A stretch of DNA of 64,000 nucleotides from Calditrichia bacterium. GTDB taxonomy: Bacteria > Calditrichota > Calditrichia > JAJRVZ01. Shown here in pieces: positions 32,002 to 41,752 of the stretch. The notes below the pieces were generated by a model that was given only the letters and a program-made list of their open reading frames with translations, did not search any database and was not told where the DNA came from. Location of the stretch: contig CAVZSQ010000019.1 in the NCBI GenBank assembly GCA_963777955.1, positions 320,001 through 384,000 on the forward strand, read 5' to 3'. The first letter of the stretch is position 1, and each line of letters begins with the position of its first letter. The position numbers and the translations under genes were made by a program.

Positions 32002-34611
32002 TTGAAAAACGAGCAAATCAGCAAAAAGTTAGATATATCCATTTTACCTTTTATATCCAAACCAGGAAGATATACAGGGAACGAGCTTAATGTTATCCAG
32101 AAATCACCTTCCCGGGTCGATTTACGCTTCCTGATAGCATTTCCTGATCTCTATGAACTCGCGATGTCTTCTCAGGCAGTTGCTGCACTATATCATCTGC
32201 TTAATAAACTGGATTATGTCTGGGCCGAACGCGTATTTGCACCCTGGCCTGACCTGGAACAGAAACTGCGTCAATACCAGGTGCCTCTTTTTTCTTTAGA
32301 ATCTTTCACGCCGCTCGGTGAATTTGATGTGATCGGTTTTACTCTACAATATGAATTAACTTATACTAATATCCTGAACATGCTCGCCCTGGCAGATATT
32401 CCGCTATGGAGCCGCGAACGACTGGATCATCATCCTGTGATTATTGCCGGCGGACCGGGAAGTTCTAATCCTGAGCCTCTGGCCCCATTTTTTGATGCTT
32501 TCTACCTGGGGGATGCCGAAGATGGTCTGGAGGAATTATGCGATCTGCTCCGTCAGTGCAAACAGCAAAAAGTCACACGGCCGAATCTCTGGCGCCGCAT
32601 GGCGGACCTTCGCGGTGTATATGTACCCGCCTTGTATCAGGACAGTTACAGTGCTGAGGGAACCTTTTCCGGCCTCATACCGCTTCATCCCGGAATACCG
32701 GCTGTGGTCCAAACCCGTTTAACTCCGGTTCTGCAGAATCATCATTACACAACCCGGCCCCTGGTCCCGCTGATCGCTACCACGCACGACCGTCTGGCAG
32801 TCGAGATCATGCGTGGTTGCAGCAGAGGTTGCCGGTTTTGCAATGCCGGGATGATCTACCGCCCGGTCCGTGAAAGAACGGTTGCCGAGCTGGCCGAATT
32901 TACCCGGCAGACTCTGAATAATTCGGGTTATGATGAAGTTTCACTGTTATCCCTCTCCACCTCCGACTATTCTGATCTGGCTGAATTATTAAAAGTCGAA
33001 AATGAGATCTGTACTGATCGCCAGGTGAACATCTCTTTCCCCTCTTTACGGTTGGATAGTTTTTCGGCGGCGATTGCGGAATTAGCCAGTTCAGTCCGTA
33101 AATCGGGATTCACTTTTGCACCGGAAGCAGGCAGCGAGCGCCTGCGCCAGGTGATTAATAAAAATGTCACAACCGTTGACCTGATGCAAGCGGTAGAGAT
33201 TGCCCTGGCCAGAGGCTGGAAGACATTAAAGTTTTATTTCATGGTTGGTTTACCAACAGAAACAGAGGAGGACATACGATCCATTGCTGAATTGGTGCTG
33301 GCCGTGCTTAGAGTCAGTAAAAAATACGGATATATAGAATTACATGTATCCATTTCACCGCATATCCCGAAAGCACACACACCATTTCAATGGGAACGAC
33401 AGGACACTAAAGCAGAATTTCTTCAGAAAATTGATCTGTTGCGCAGCCTGCTTAAATCGCATAAACGGATCAAATTAAACTGGCGTGAATCGCAGGTAGC
33501 AGAAATCGAATGCGCGCTGGGCAGAGGAGACCGTAGATTAGCCCGTGTTATTCATTCCGCCTGGAAACGGGGATCCAGGTTTGACAGCTGGAATGAACAC
33601 TTTAAGTATGATAACTGGACGCAGTCTTTTCAAGAGAACGAAATAGCCATGAGCCCCTATTTACAGGCCATGGCTGAGACCTCGCCCCTGCCCTGGGACC
33701 ATATCGACAAAGGTGTTACCAAAAAGTTTTTATGGACAGAACGAGAAAAAGGCTATCGCGGCCAGAGTACCGGTGATTGCAGAGAAAGTTCCTGTACATG
33801 TTGTGGCTGGCAGCGAAAAAATGGTTTCCGGGAATTCGTCACCTGCTGTGAAGAAAACCGGCCGACTGCCGGTAAAGGCACCAGACAGGCCTCTGGGGCG
33901 GCGGCTAATCCGGCAAACCATGGGGCGGTTAGACATGAGAGTCAGGCACTGCAGACTATCAGGGTTCATTATGAAAAAACCGGCTACATCCGGTTTATTT
34001 CACATCTGGATTGCATGCGATTGTTTGACCGGGCGCTGCGCCGGGCGGAAATACCGGCTGCCTATAGTTCCGGTTATAATCCTCGCCCGAAATTGTCTTT
34101 CAGTCCGGCACTTTCTCTGGGTTATACCAGCAGTGCCGAATATTTTGACCTGGAATTACTGGAAAGTTGCGGGGCTGATCTTAAGGAGCGTTTGAATAAG
34201 GTTCTGCCGGAGGGGCTGACTATCCTGGAAATCAGGATCATCAGTAAGAAAGTACCATCGCTGCAGTCCAGTATTACAACCCTGGTGTATCAGGTCAACT
34301 TAGAAAACAATACTGTCCAGCAATCAGCACTATACAATTTATCGAATCAACCGGATATTTTTATCAGCAGGTTTAATAAAGGCAAGGAACAATCGATCGA
34401 CATCAAACCATTTATCGAATCGATTTCCAGCCATGACGGATTGTTGAAAATACAACTGAACTCCCAACAGGGAAAAACAGTGCGGGTCGAGGACATCCTC
34501 GGTTATCTATTCCAATCCACCAGAGAACAGTTGCCTTTTCTGCCTGTCCACCGGCAAAACCAATTTGTCAAAGTAGCTGATCATTATTACACGCCAATGG
34601 AGATAATTTAA
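32002..34611 (+). CDS. B12-binding radical SAM protein (TIGR03960-type) fused to DUF2344 domain
   Basis: KPGRYTGNE, RGCSRGCRFC, LPWDHID, then ISHLD...YSSGYNPRPKLSF. TTG start after AGGAG. Confidence 0.9.
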   Translation: MKNEQISKKLDISILPFISKPGRYTGNELNVIQKSPSRVDLRFLIAFPDLYELAMSSQAVAALYHLLNKLDYVWAERVFAPWPDLEQKLRQYQVPLFSLESFTPLGEFDVIGFTLQYELTYTNILNMLALADIPLWSRERLDHHPVIIAGGPGSSNPEPLAPFFDAFYLGDAEDGLEELCDLLRQCKQQKVTRPNLWRRMADLRGVYVPALYQDSYSAEGTFSGLIPLHPGIPAVVQTRLTPVLQNHHYTTRPLVPLIATTHDRLAVEIMRGCSRGCRFCNAGMIYRPVRERTVAELAEFTRQTLNNSGYDEVSLLSLSTSDYSDLAELLKVENEICTDRQVNISFPSLRLDSFSAAIAELASSVRKSGFTFAPEAGSERLRQVINKNVTTVDLMQAVEIALARGWKTLKFYFMVGLPTETEEDIRSIAELVLAVLRVSKKYGYIELHVSISPHIPKAHTPFQWERQDTKAEFLQKIDLLRSLLKSHKRIKLNWRESQVAEIECALGRGDRRLARVIHSAWKRGSRFDSWNEHFKYDNWTQSFQENEIAMSPYLQAMAETSPLPWDHIDKGVTKKFLWTEREKGYRGQSTGDCRESSCTCCGWQRKNGFREFVTCCEENRPTAGKGTRQASGAAANPANHGAVRHESQALQTIRVHYEKTGYIRFISHLDCMRLFDRALRRAEIPAAYSSGYNPRPKLSFSPALSLGYTSSAEYFDLELLESCGADLKERLNKVLPEGLTILEIRIISKKVPSLQSSITTLVYQVNLENNTVQQSALYNLSNQPDIFISRFNKGKEQSIDIKPFIESISSHDGLLKIQLNSQQGKTVRVEDILGYLFQSTREQLPFLPVHRQNQFVKVADHYYTPMEII

Positions 34612-34655
34612 AATTTGTGCCGCTGTCGTACCGGCAGGGACGAAAAAGCATTGCT

Positions 34656-36197
34656 ATGAAAAAAGAAATCATTATTAATTCCACGAACGAAGAAACGCGT
34701 ATAGCGATTTTAGAAGACGGGCAGCTGGTCGAGTTATTTGTAGAGCGACCGGAGGCTGAACGCATGGTTGGTGATATTTATAAAGCAAAAGTGAGCCGGG
34801 TACTGCCGGGTATGCAGGCCGCTTTTATTGATGTCGGATTGAGCCAAAACGCCTTTCTGCATTTCTCGGATATTTCCGATGCCACCAATCAATTCCTGGT
34901 TGAACTCGATGATGACGAAGAGGAGAGCGAACATCCCGTAAAAAATATACCGCTCCGGCCGCAGCATGCCCGCCAGGTCGCGCGAAACCTGAAGAAGAAC
35001 CAGGATATTATCGTGCAAATTATGAAAGAACCTATCGGCTCCAAGGGACCGCGGGTTACTTCAGACATTTCCATTCCAGGCCGTTTTGCCGTCCTGGTCC
35101 CCAATCAAAACTATGTCGGTATTTCCAAAAAGATCAGCCATCCCAAAGAGAAAAAACGGCTGCGTACAATTGCCCGGCAGGCTTTGCCAAAAAATTTCGG
35201 TCTGATCATGCGTACCCAGGCGGAGGGTAAATCCGAAAAAGTGATTATGACCGACATCAATGGATTGTTGAAAATCTGGGAAAAAATCGATGCACAGATT
35301 AAAGCCGTGGAAGCACCGTTTCTGGTTTATAAGGATTTTGGTATGGCTTCGTCGATTATCCGGGACCTGTTTACATCGGATGTAAATCACGTGATTATCG
35401 ATTCCCGTAAACAAATGCGCGAAATTAGTTCCTATGTAAAAGATGTCGCTCCGCAATTGAAACACAAAATCGAATACTATTCCAACCGGCTGCCCATCTT
35501 TGAGCATTTTAAAATTGAAGACGAAATTATCCGCACCATGGAATCAAAGGTATGGCTGAAAAATGGAGCCTACGTTGTCATTCAGCAGACCGAAGCGATG
35601 GTGGCAATCGACGTAAACAGCGGAAAATTCATCGGTAAGAAAGATCATGAATTAAATGCCTTGAAAATTAATATGGAGGCAGCCCGGGAAGTCGCCCGCC
35701 AATCGCGTCTGCGCGATCTGGGCGGAATTATCGTAATTGATTTCATCGATATGGAAAACAGTGAAAACCGCATGAAATTGTATCATGAACTGAAACGCGA
35801 GTTTCATAAGGACCGCTCTATTACTAAAATTGAGGAGATCAGCCGCTTCGGAATCGTGGAAATGACGCGTCAAAGAATACGCCCGGGTGTGCTGCATACC
35901 CTGCACGAAGAATGTCCGAACTGCCATGGAACCGGGCTGATTCCGTCGCTGCCCACCATAGTAGCTGCCATAGAACGCTGGATACAGAAGTACCGTGCTT
36001 CGCGCGGAGATCGGCGTATCACCATCCGGGTCAGATCGGATATTTTCGACTATCTGACCAGCGGAAGATTCTCCAGACGGCTACAGTTAATGTGGAAATA
36101 CTGGATTAAAATTAATGTGGTTACTGACAATACTCTGAACTGGCGTGAATTCAAGATGTACGATCGTAAGAATGAACAGGAAATAACCATGAGTTAA
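34656..36197 (+). CDS. rng: Ribonuclease E/G family (RNase G-like)
   Basis: VLPGMQAAFIDVG, IDVNSG, LRDLGGIIVIDFIDM, CPNCHG. Confidence 0.95.
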   Translation: MKKEIIINSTNEETRIAILEDGQLVELFVERPEAERMVGDIYKAKVSRVLPGMQAAFIDVGLSQNAFLHFSDISDATNQFLVELDDDEEESEHPVKNIPLRPQHARQVARNLKKNQDIIVQIMKEPIGSKGPRVTSDISIPGRFAVLVPNQNYVGISKKISHPKEKKRLRTIARQALPKNFGLIMRTQAEGKSEKVIMTDINGLLKIWEKIDAQIKAVEAPFLVYKDFGMASSIIRDLFTSDVNHVIIDSRKQMREISSYVKDVAPQLKHKIEYYSNRLPIFEHFKIEDEIIRTMESKVWLKNGAYVVIQQTEAMVAIDVNSGKFIGKKDHELNALKINMEAAREVARQSRLRDLGGIIVIDFIDMENSENRMKLYHELKREFHKDRSITKIEEISRFGIVEMTRQRIRPGVLHTLHEECPNCHGTGLIPSLPTIVAAIERWIQKYRASRGDRRITIRVRSDIFDYLTSGRFSRRLQLMWKYWIKINVVTDNTLNWREFKMYDRKNEQEITMS

Positions 36198-36200
36198 CAT

Positions 36201-36229
36201 TTGACATAAAGATGAATGTTAATTAAATT
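36201..36229 (+). promoter_or_regulatory. Putative sigma70 promoter of rplU-rpmA
   Basis: TTGACA-N17-TAAATT. Confidence 0.7.
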
Positions 36230-36260
36230 AGTAGTTTATAGACTTAATTTGGAGAAAATC

Positions 36261-36791
36261 ATGTACGCAGTTGTTAAAATTGCCGGAAAACAGTTCAGAG
36301 TCGAGAAGGATACTAAAGTAAAAGTACCGCTGTTGCCGGCAGAACCAGGTAAACATGTGCATTTTGATCAGGTTCTGTTATTCCAGAATGAGAAAGGTGA
36401 ACTTTCCATCGGTAATCCGGTACTGGAAAAGGTAAATGTTTCGGCACTGGTACTCAGACATGGCCGGGAAAAAAAGATTATTGTCTACCATAAAAAACGT
36501 CGTAAAGGTTATCAGCGGAAAAAAGGACATCGTCAGGATTTTACACTGCTGGAAATAAAAGATATCGGCATTGGACGCCGGACGGAAAAAGCAATAGAGA
36601 CAGCTGCCGCAGAAAAATCCGTTACAGTGAGCGAGGTTGAAATCACCGCGAGCAAGGGCAAAACAACGGTTGCTGTCAAGCACGCAGAAAAGAAAGCGGT
36701 CCCGGGCAAAGCCAAGGTCGTCAAAGAAGTTAAAAAAGCAACCAAGAAGCCTGCGGCCGAAAAAAAGAAACCTGCGGCAAAGAAGAAATAA
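36261..36791 (+). CDS. rplU: 50S ribosomal protein L21 with Lys/Ala-rich C-terminal extension
   Basis: MYAVVKIAGKQF, KKRRKGYQRKKGHRQ; GGAG RBS. Confidence 0.97.
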   Translation: MYAVVKIAGKQFRVEKDTKVKVPLLPAEPGKHVHFDQVLLFQNEKGELSIGNPVLEKVNVSALVLRHGREKKIIVYHKKRRKGYQRKKGHRQDFTLLEIKDIGIGRRTEKAIETAAAEKSVTVSEVEITASKGKTTVAVKHAEKKAVPGKAKVVKEVKKATKKPAAEKKKPAAKKK

Positions 36792-36803
36792 AGGAGAATA
36801 ATC

Positions 36804-37061
36804 ATGGCCCATAAAAAAGGTGTGGGTAGTTCCCGCAACGGACGCGATAGTCAAGGTCAACGCTTAGGTGTAAAAGCATATGGCGGTCAGGTGGTTCAGG
36901 CCGGTACGATCATTTTAAGGCAGCGCGGTACCAGAATCCATCCCGGTCAAAACGTGGGGATGGGCGTGGACGACACTATTTTTGCCAAAATTGACGGCCG
37001 GATTCAGTTCGAGAGAAAAGATAAAAAACGAAAAAAAGTCAGCGTATATCCCGTAGCTTAA
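36804..37061 (+). CDS. rpmA: 50S ribosomal protein L27
   Basis: [16 protein letters not shown]. Confidence 0.99.
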   Translation: MAHKKGVGSSRNGRDSQGQRLGVKAYGGQVVQAGTIILRQRGTRIHPGQNVGMGVDDTIFAKIDGRIQFERKDKKRKKVSVYPVA

Positions 37062-37084
37062 ACTTATCCTGCTGATATCACGAT

Positions 37085-37124
37085 AGGGGTCGTGGCCGGT
37101 ATCTGCCGCGACCTTTTTATTTTT
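37085..37124 (+). terminator. Intrinsic terminator after rpmA
   Basis: GGTCGTGGC-loop-GCCGCGACC followed by TTTTTATTTTT. Confidence 0.8.
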
Positions 37125-37221
37125 AGTTTCCTGAAATATATTGCTTTTGTATCTTTAAGGTATATAGTTCATCCAACGATTTAATACAGAAAAATCTATT
37201 TAAAAGACAAAGGAGATTACC

Positions 37222-37413
37222 ATGACACAGAATGTCGGAGGTTTGGACAAAATTATCCGGATTATTGCCGGATTGATCATCGTGGCTCTGGTCTTTGTCG
37301 GACCCAAAACAGCATGGGGTTGGTTAGGCCTGCTTCCTCTGGCCACGGGAATCTTTAACTTCTGTCCGGCTTACCCCCTGTTGAAACTCTCTACTGCCGG
37401 GAAGAAAGAGTAA
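37222..37413 (+). CDS. DUF2892 (YgaP-like) small membrane protein
   Basis: NVGGLDKIIR...LLPLATG..FCPAY; AGGAG RBS. Confidence 0.9.
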   Translation: MTQNVGGLDKIIRIIAGLIIVALVFVGPKTAWGWLGLLPLATGIFNFCPAYPLLKLSTAGKKE

Positions 37414-37449
37414 CGACTTCCGCAGGCTTAAAGATCTTCGACTGAATAG

Positions 37450-38193
37450 ATGGCTTTACAACATTTTTTCGAACAGGAAAAACATACCCGCGATTATCTG
37501 TTACCTTATTTTCAGAAATATATTCCCGATCTGCCGCACTGTAAAGTACTGGAGATCGGTTGTGCCGAAGGCGGATTTCTTAAAGCACTGATTCAGCTCG
37601 GGATGGATGCACGCGGAATTGAACTGAGTGCTGCCCGGGTAGCTATTGCTCTTAAACACACTCCCCCTTTACCCGTGCAGGAGGGTGATATCACCGATCC
37701 GCATATCTGCAAACAAATCGGCGCACAATTTGATCTGATTGTCATGCGCGATGTGCTCGAACACATTCCCAATCGGGAAATCACGTTTGAAAATCTGCGG
37801 ACTTTGCTCAGACCTGCCGGCTATCTCTACATCACTTTTCCGCCGAAATACTCCGCCTACGGCGGCCATCAGCAGAATGCAGGTTCAGCGCTAAAATTAA
37901 TACCTTTTATTCACCTGTTACCTGCAGCGGTAGTAAAAAAAATAGGATTCTGGCTGAGGGAAAAATCCCAAATACCCGAACAGATTTTACAAATTTACCG
38001 GAACAGTATATCCATTCGTGAATTTGAGAAACTCTGTGTCAGGTTTGACTTCGCGTTTAAAATCAAAGGATTGTTTTTTTCACGGCCCATCTTTAAAAGC
38101 CGCTATAAACTGCCGGTTATTCGTTGCCCCAATCTGCCCGTGGTCCGCGAATTTTTTGCCAGCGGTTGTGAATATTTACTGCAAAAAAAATAA
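37450..38193 (+). CDS. Class I SAM-dependent methyltransferase
   Basis: VLEIGCAEGG, DVLEHIP, FPP...GGHQQ. Confidence 0.88.
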   Translation: MALQHFFEQEKHTRDYLLPYFQKYIPDLPHCKVLEIGCAEGGFLKALIQLGMDARGIELSAARVAIALKHTPPLPVQEGDITDPHICKQIGAQFDLIVMRDVLEHIPNREITFENLRTLLRPAGYLYITFPPKYSAYGGHQQNAGSALKLIPFIHLLPAAVVKKIGFWLREKSQIPEQILQIYRNSISIREFEKLCVRFDFAFKIKGLFFSRPIFKSRYKLPVIRCPNLPVVREFFASGCEYLLQKK

Positions 38194-39075
38194 TTCAGAA
38201 TCCGGGTCCTTTTCAGCTGCCTGGATTTTAGCAGCTTCCCAGGCTAAAATAACTTTTTTCCGCAGCGGTCCTCCGCCATAATTGCCACTGTTCCCTTCCT
38301 TGCGGATTACCCGGTGACAGGGGATGAGAAATGATACCGGATTGCTGGCAATGGCAGTCCCGACAGCCCGCGCTGCGCCGGGATATCCGATCATGGCCGC
38401 CAGGTCCTCATAGGCCAGTACGCAACCCTGAGGAATACGCAATAGTGCTTCCCAGACCTTAAGTTGAAAATTTGTGCCCTGCAGATGTAAATGAAAGGGC
38501 TGATCACTTTTCCAGGAATGGGGTTGGAAGATCCGTTGCAGCAGTGGTTTCAATTTATCTTCCTGCTCATGAAGTTCAGCCTCAGGCCAGGATCTGCGCA
38601 GCAGGCTGATATATTTTATCCGGTCTCCCACCGCTATAAAATACAGGGCGCAAATTCCCCTGGCTGTGACGGCTAATAAACATGTACCGAAGGGTGTAGG
38701 CAAGAATCCATAGGTAATTTTTAATCCGGCCCCCTGTGCTTTAAATTCTCCCGGAGTGACCGCTTCACACTTTACAAAAAGATCGTGCAGACGCCCGGGT
38801 CCGGATAAACCACTAGCGTAGGCTGCGTCTAACAGGTTTTTTGATTGGCGCAGTACCGTCTTGGCGTATTCCTTGGTCATGAATTGCAGGAAACGTTTCG
38901 GACTGATGCCGACCCAACGCTTGAACATTCTCTGAAAGTGGAATTCACTTAAACCGGCCTGGTGAGCCAGTTGTCCCAATTCGGGCTGCTGGCGGAAATT
39001 TTTGCCCAGATACCTGATGGTTTGTTCGATACGTAAGTAATCGGTTGATTGCCGGCTGAGATCATATTTTTCCAT
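38176..39075 (-). CDS. Ada-like AraC-HTH / O6-methylguanine-DNA methyltransferase
   Basis: LSEFHFQRMFKRWVGISP, GTNFQLKVW, IPCHRV active site. Confidence 0.93.
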   Translation of the reverse strand: MEKYDLSRQSTDYLRIEQTIRYLGKNFRQQPELGQLAHQAGLSEFHFQRMFKRWVGISPKRFLQFMTKEYAKTVLRQSKNLLDAAYASGLSGPGRLHDLFVKCEAVTPGEFKAQGAGLKITYGFLPTPFGTCLLAVTARGICALYFIAVGDRIKYISLLRRSWPEAELHEQEDKLKPLLQRIFQPHSWKSDQPFHLHLQGTNFQLKVWEALLRIPQGCVLAYEDLAAMIGYPGAARAVGTAIASNPVSFLIPCHRVIRKEGNSGNYGGGPLRKKVILAWEAAKIQAAEKDPDSELFFLQ

Positions 39076-39139
39076 GCTTTTTCCTTTCACAATGATCTCA
39101 AACTAAAAAAAGAAAAAATGATAACCAACCCGATTCTTG

Positions 39140-41003
39140 CTATTCGTACAAGATCATATTTTGTACATACAGATCCTGAAAGTCGGCGCGGCCGGCCAAC
39201 TCTACAAAGCGAGTGCTCGCGGCCAACCAGTCAACCTGTTTCAATTGATCCTGATCGAGCAGAATCCTGCGCGCCCCTTCCAGCGAGGCATTCCCGATAA
39301 AATGAATCCGGTTAAGATCGATTGCGGGTACCAACTTCAAATCGACCGCTGTCCGCGGACGGATAAAGTTACCAAAAGCACCGGCCAGATATACATCTTC
39401 GATCGCCAGCGGTTGAATCCCGGCCAATTGGCATAACACTTGCCAGGCCGAAGTGATTGCAGATTTAGCCAGTTGAAAAGCACGGATGTCCGTTTGGGTC
39501 AGATATATATTTCTTTTTGCTCCCTGCAGCACACCTTCAATCAGCAAGGCATGTTCTCCTCTGTACAGTCCCATTCTCTGCCGGTAAAATTCTATTATTT
39601 CCGCAGTATCGAGGTCGCTTTGTTCATTCCATTTCCCGGTCGACTTTATTATTTTTTTCTGTATCAGTACATCGATTAAATGAAATAATCCACTGCCGCA
39701 AATTCCCCGGGCCGGTTCATCATCGATCGTGTCAACTAATAACTCGCTGCCCTGCCAGTGCGCATCATAGATCGCACCTGACTCAGCACGCATGCCGAAA
39801 CTGATAGAAGCTCCTTCCAGGGCCGGACCGGCCGGGGAGGAAGCGGTCATTCGAATTGAATCTGTTTCTACCACCACCTCGCAATTCGTACCGATATCGA
39901 TCAGTAATTTGGATTTCTTATCCTTCTGCCCAAATCCGGCCACCAGCATATCAGCCAACACATCGCCACCTACAAATCCTCCTAAATTTGGTGTAATCAA
40001 TATATTAGCCCCTGTACTGACGGCCAGGCCCAGATCTGCCGCCCGCTCTTTTCTCAACTCTTTAAAAACCGGGGTATATGGTGCCAGAGCCAGTGATTGC
40101 GGATTGATACCAAGAAATAAGTGGTTCATACCTGCATTCCCGCTCAAAGTCATGAGATACACATTATTCGTAGCCACTTGATGAATCTTGCACAATTCGG
40201 CTACCAGACTGTTTATACCCTGGATAATGACCTTATGCAAATGTTCCAAGCCATCTGCCTGTTGGGAAATATAGGTGAGACGTGAAATCAGGTCGGAACC
40301 AAACCTGGCCTGGGGGTTGATCGAAGCAGCGATATCGATCGTTTCCCCCGACAGTAAATGATGCAAGCTGACCACCACTGTGGTTGTGCCCAGATCTATA
40401 GCCAGGCCAAACGCCTGTTCAACCGTATTCCCCCCTTCAACATCGATGATTTCCTGATCCATAACTGTGACCGTAACTTGATAGTCATTTTCACGCAAAA
40501 CTTCAGGCAACCTTCGTAATACGGGCAAAGAAACAGTGGCCCGGATCTGATATTCCCTTTCGATTTCCTCCTGAACCAGTTGAATATCGCATTTTAAATT
40601 CTGCAGACCTTCGGCGACCGGCAATTTTAGAAAGTATTTTTTTACCGGTGGTCGTATCGCAATTTGTTCCGTCACGGATGTCTTTCAAACCGCTCAGATG
40701 GTTCAGTCTGTTTTCATCGGGAATTAATACCGTACTTGACTGGCCGACAATACTCATACAGGACAGACGCCAACCCTGCTGGATTTCCTGGGGTGTGAAG
40801 AATAACCTGTCCTGATAAGTCGGATCCGGGTACCAATCCATAAATTGAACGGCACATTTGCCACAGGAATGGTTGCCACCACAAGGATATAACAGGTGCA
40901 GATTTAATTCTTCGAATACTTTTTTAAGAGAAACAGGAGATGGAAAAGTATGTTTGATCTTGTCTGGCAGGATCTCAATTTCGAGTGCTTTATTCGCTTT
41001 CAT
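39140..41003 (-). CDS. 2Fe-2S + ASKHA ATPase protein (RACo/DUF4445 corrinoid reductive activase family); one +1 frameshift at ~40676
   Basis: N-part PCGGNHSCGKC...RLSC (2Fe-2S). C-part DLGTTT, NPQARFGSD, DIGTNCE, AGPALEG, GICGSG, LAGAFG. Confidence 0.88.
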
Positions 41004-41028
41004 TATACGATTTGAGAACCAGGCTGGC

Positions 41029-41460
41029 CTATTGCTGCTTTTGGCTTTCCGACTTTTTGCTGACTAAGGCCAGAATATGAAGATTGATTAATTTGTTTTG
41101 TGGATCATTTGTATGTACCCTGATGATCTTGTGAATTTTATCTCTCTTATTTTTTGTATTGAGAGATACCTCCACCTTGCCACTGTCACCCGGAACAACC
41201 ACTTCTGAACTCAGAAGTACTGCCGTACAACCTCAGCCGGGCTCCAGGCGGGTTATACGCAGCGTATCATCACCGGTATTCTTGAATTTAAAAACATGAC
41301 CGACCAGGATTCCTTCAGCCAGCTCGCCAAAATTGAACTCTTCCTGATCAAATATTATTCTGGGCGCATGTTTTGCTGTCTGATCGGATTTGGATTGGGC
41401 ACAAGCCGGTAAGGTTAACGCCAGAGCGATCAATAGAATAGTGTTGAATTTATTTTTCAT
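41029..41460 (-). CDS. DUF1573-like lipoprotein; predicted selenoprotein (in-frame TGA = Sec at 41233-41235)
   Basis: Lipobox LPA-C; FKFKNTGDDTLRITRLEPG-U-GCTA...VVPGDSGKVEVSLNT...KIIRVHTNDP. The frame stays open to TAG at 41029 (143 aa). Confidence 0.85.
41201..41218 (-). promoter_or_regulatory. Putative bacterial SECIS hairpin
   Basis: ACUUCUG-AGUU-CAGAAGU starting 14 nt after the UGA; the loop has G at position 2 followed by U. Confidence 0.7.
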
Positions 41461-41752
41461 ATTGTCTCGATTTCTAAAACTTCCAGACTGCTGCCTAATT
41501 CCGAACAGGGGTTAAATCGTTGTTTTAATAAAAATAATTTAGAAAGTGATCAGTTGCAAGAGAAAGATAATCTATCCCCGGCTCCATACTGATGATCAGG
41601 TGATCATGCCGGGAGCTCAGCTATATTTCAGGAACTTGAGATCCAGGTTCAGAAATGATAAATAGTGTTCAGCTTTTACTAAAATAATCCGAAATATATA
41701 GATGAAAACTTTATTTAACAGCACTACCAGCCTCAGCACGAAGGGCATATTA

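Noticed and set aside
40503..41003. Separate ferredoxin gene or programmed frameshift in RACo
   Set aside because: The family normally has the 2Fe-2S domain fused, there is no slippery sequence, and the shift matches the window-wide +1 error pattern.
41233..41235. Genome-wide UGA reassignment (to Trp or Gly) as the explanation for the in-frame TGA
   Set aside because: TGA terminates conserved genes such as ptsH, recN and selD at expected lengths, Trp is encoded by TGG, and the position aligns to Cys.
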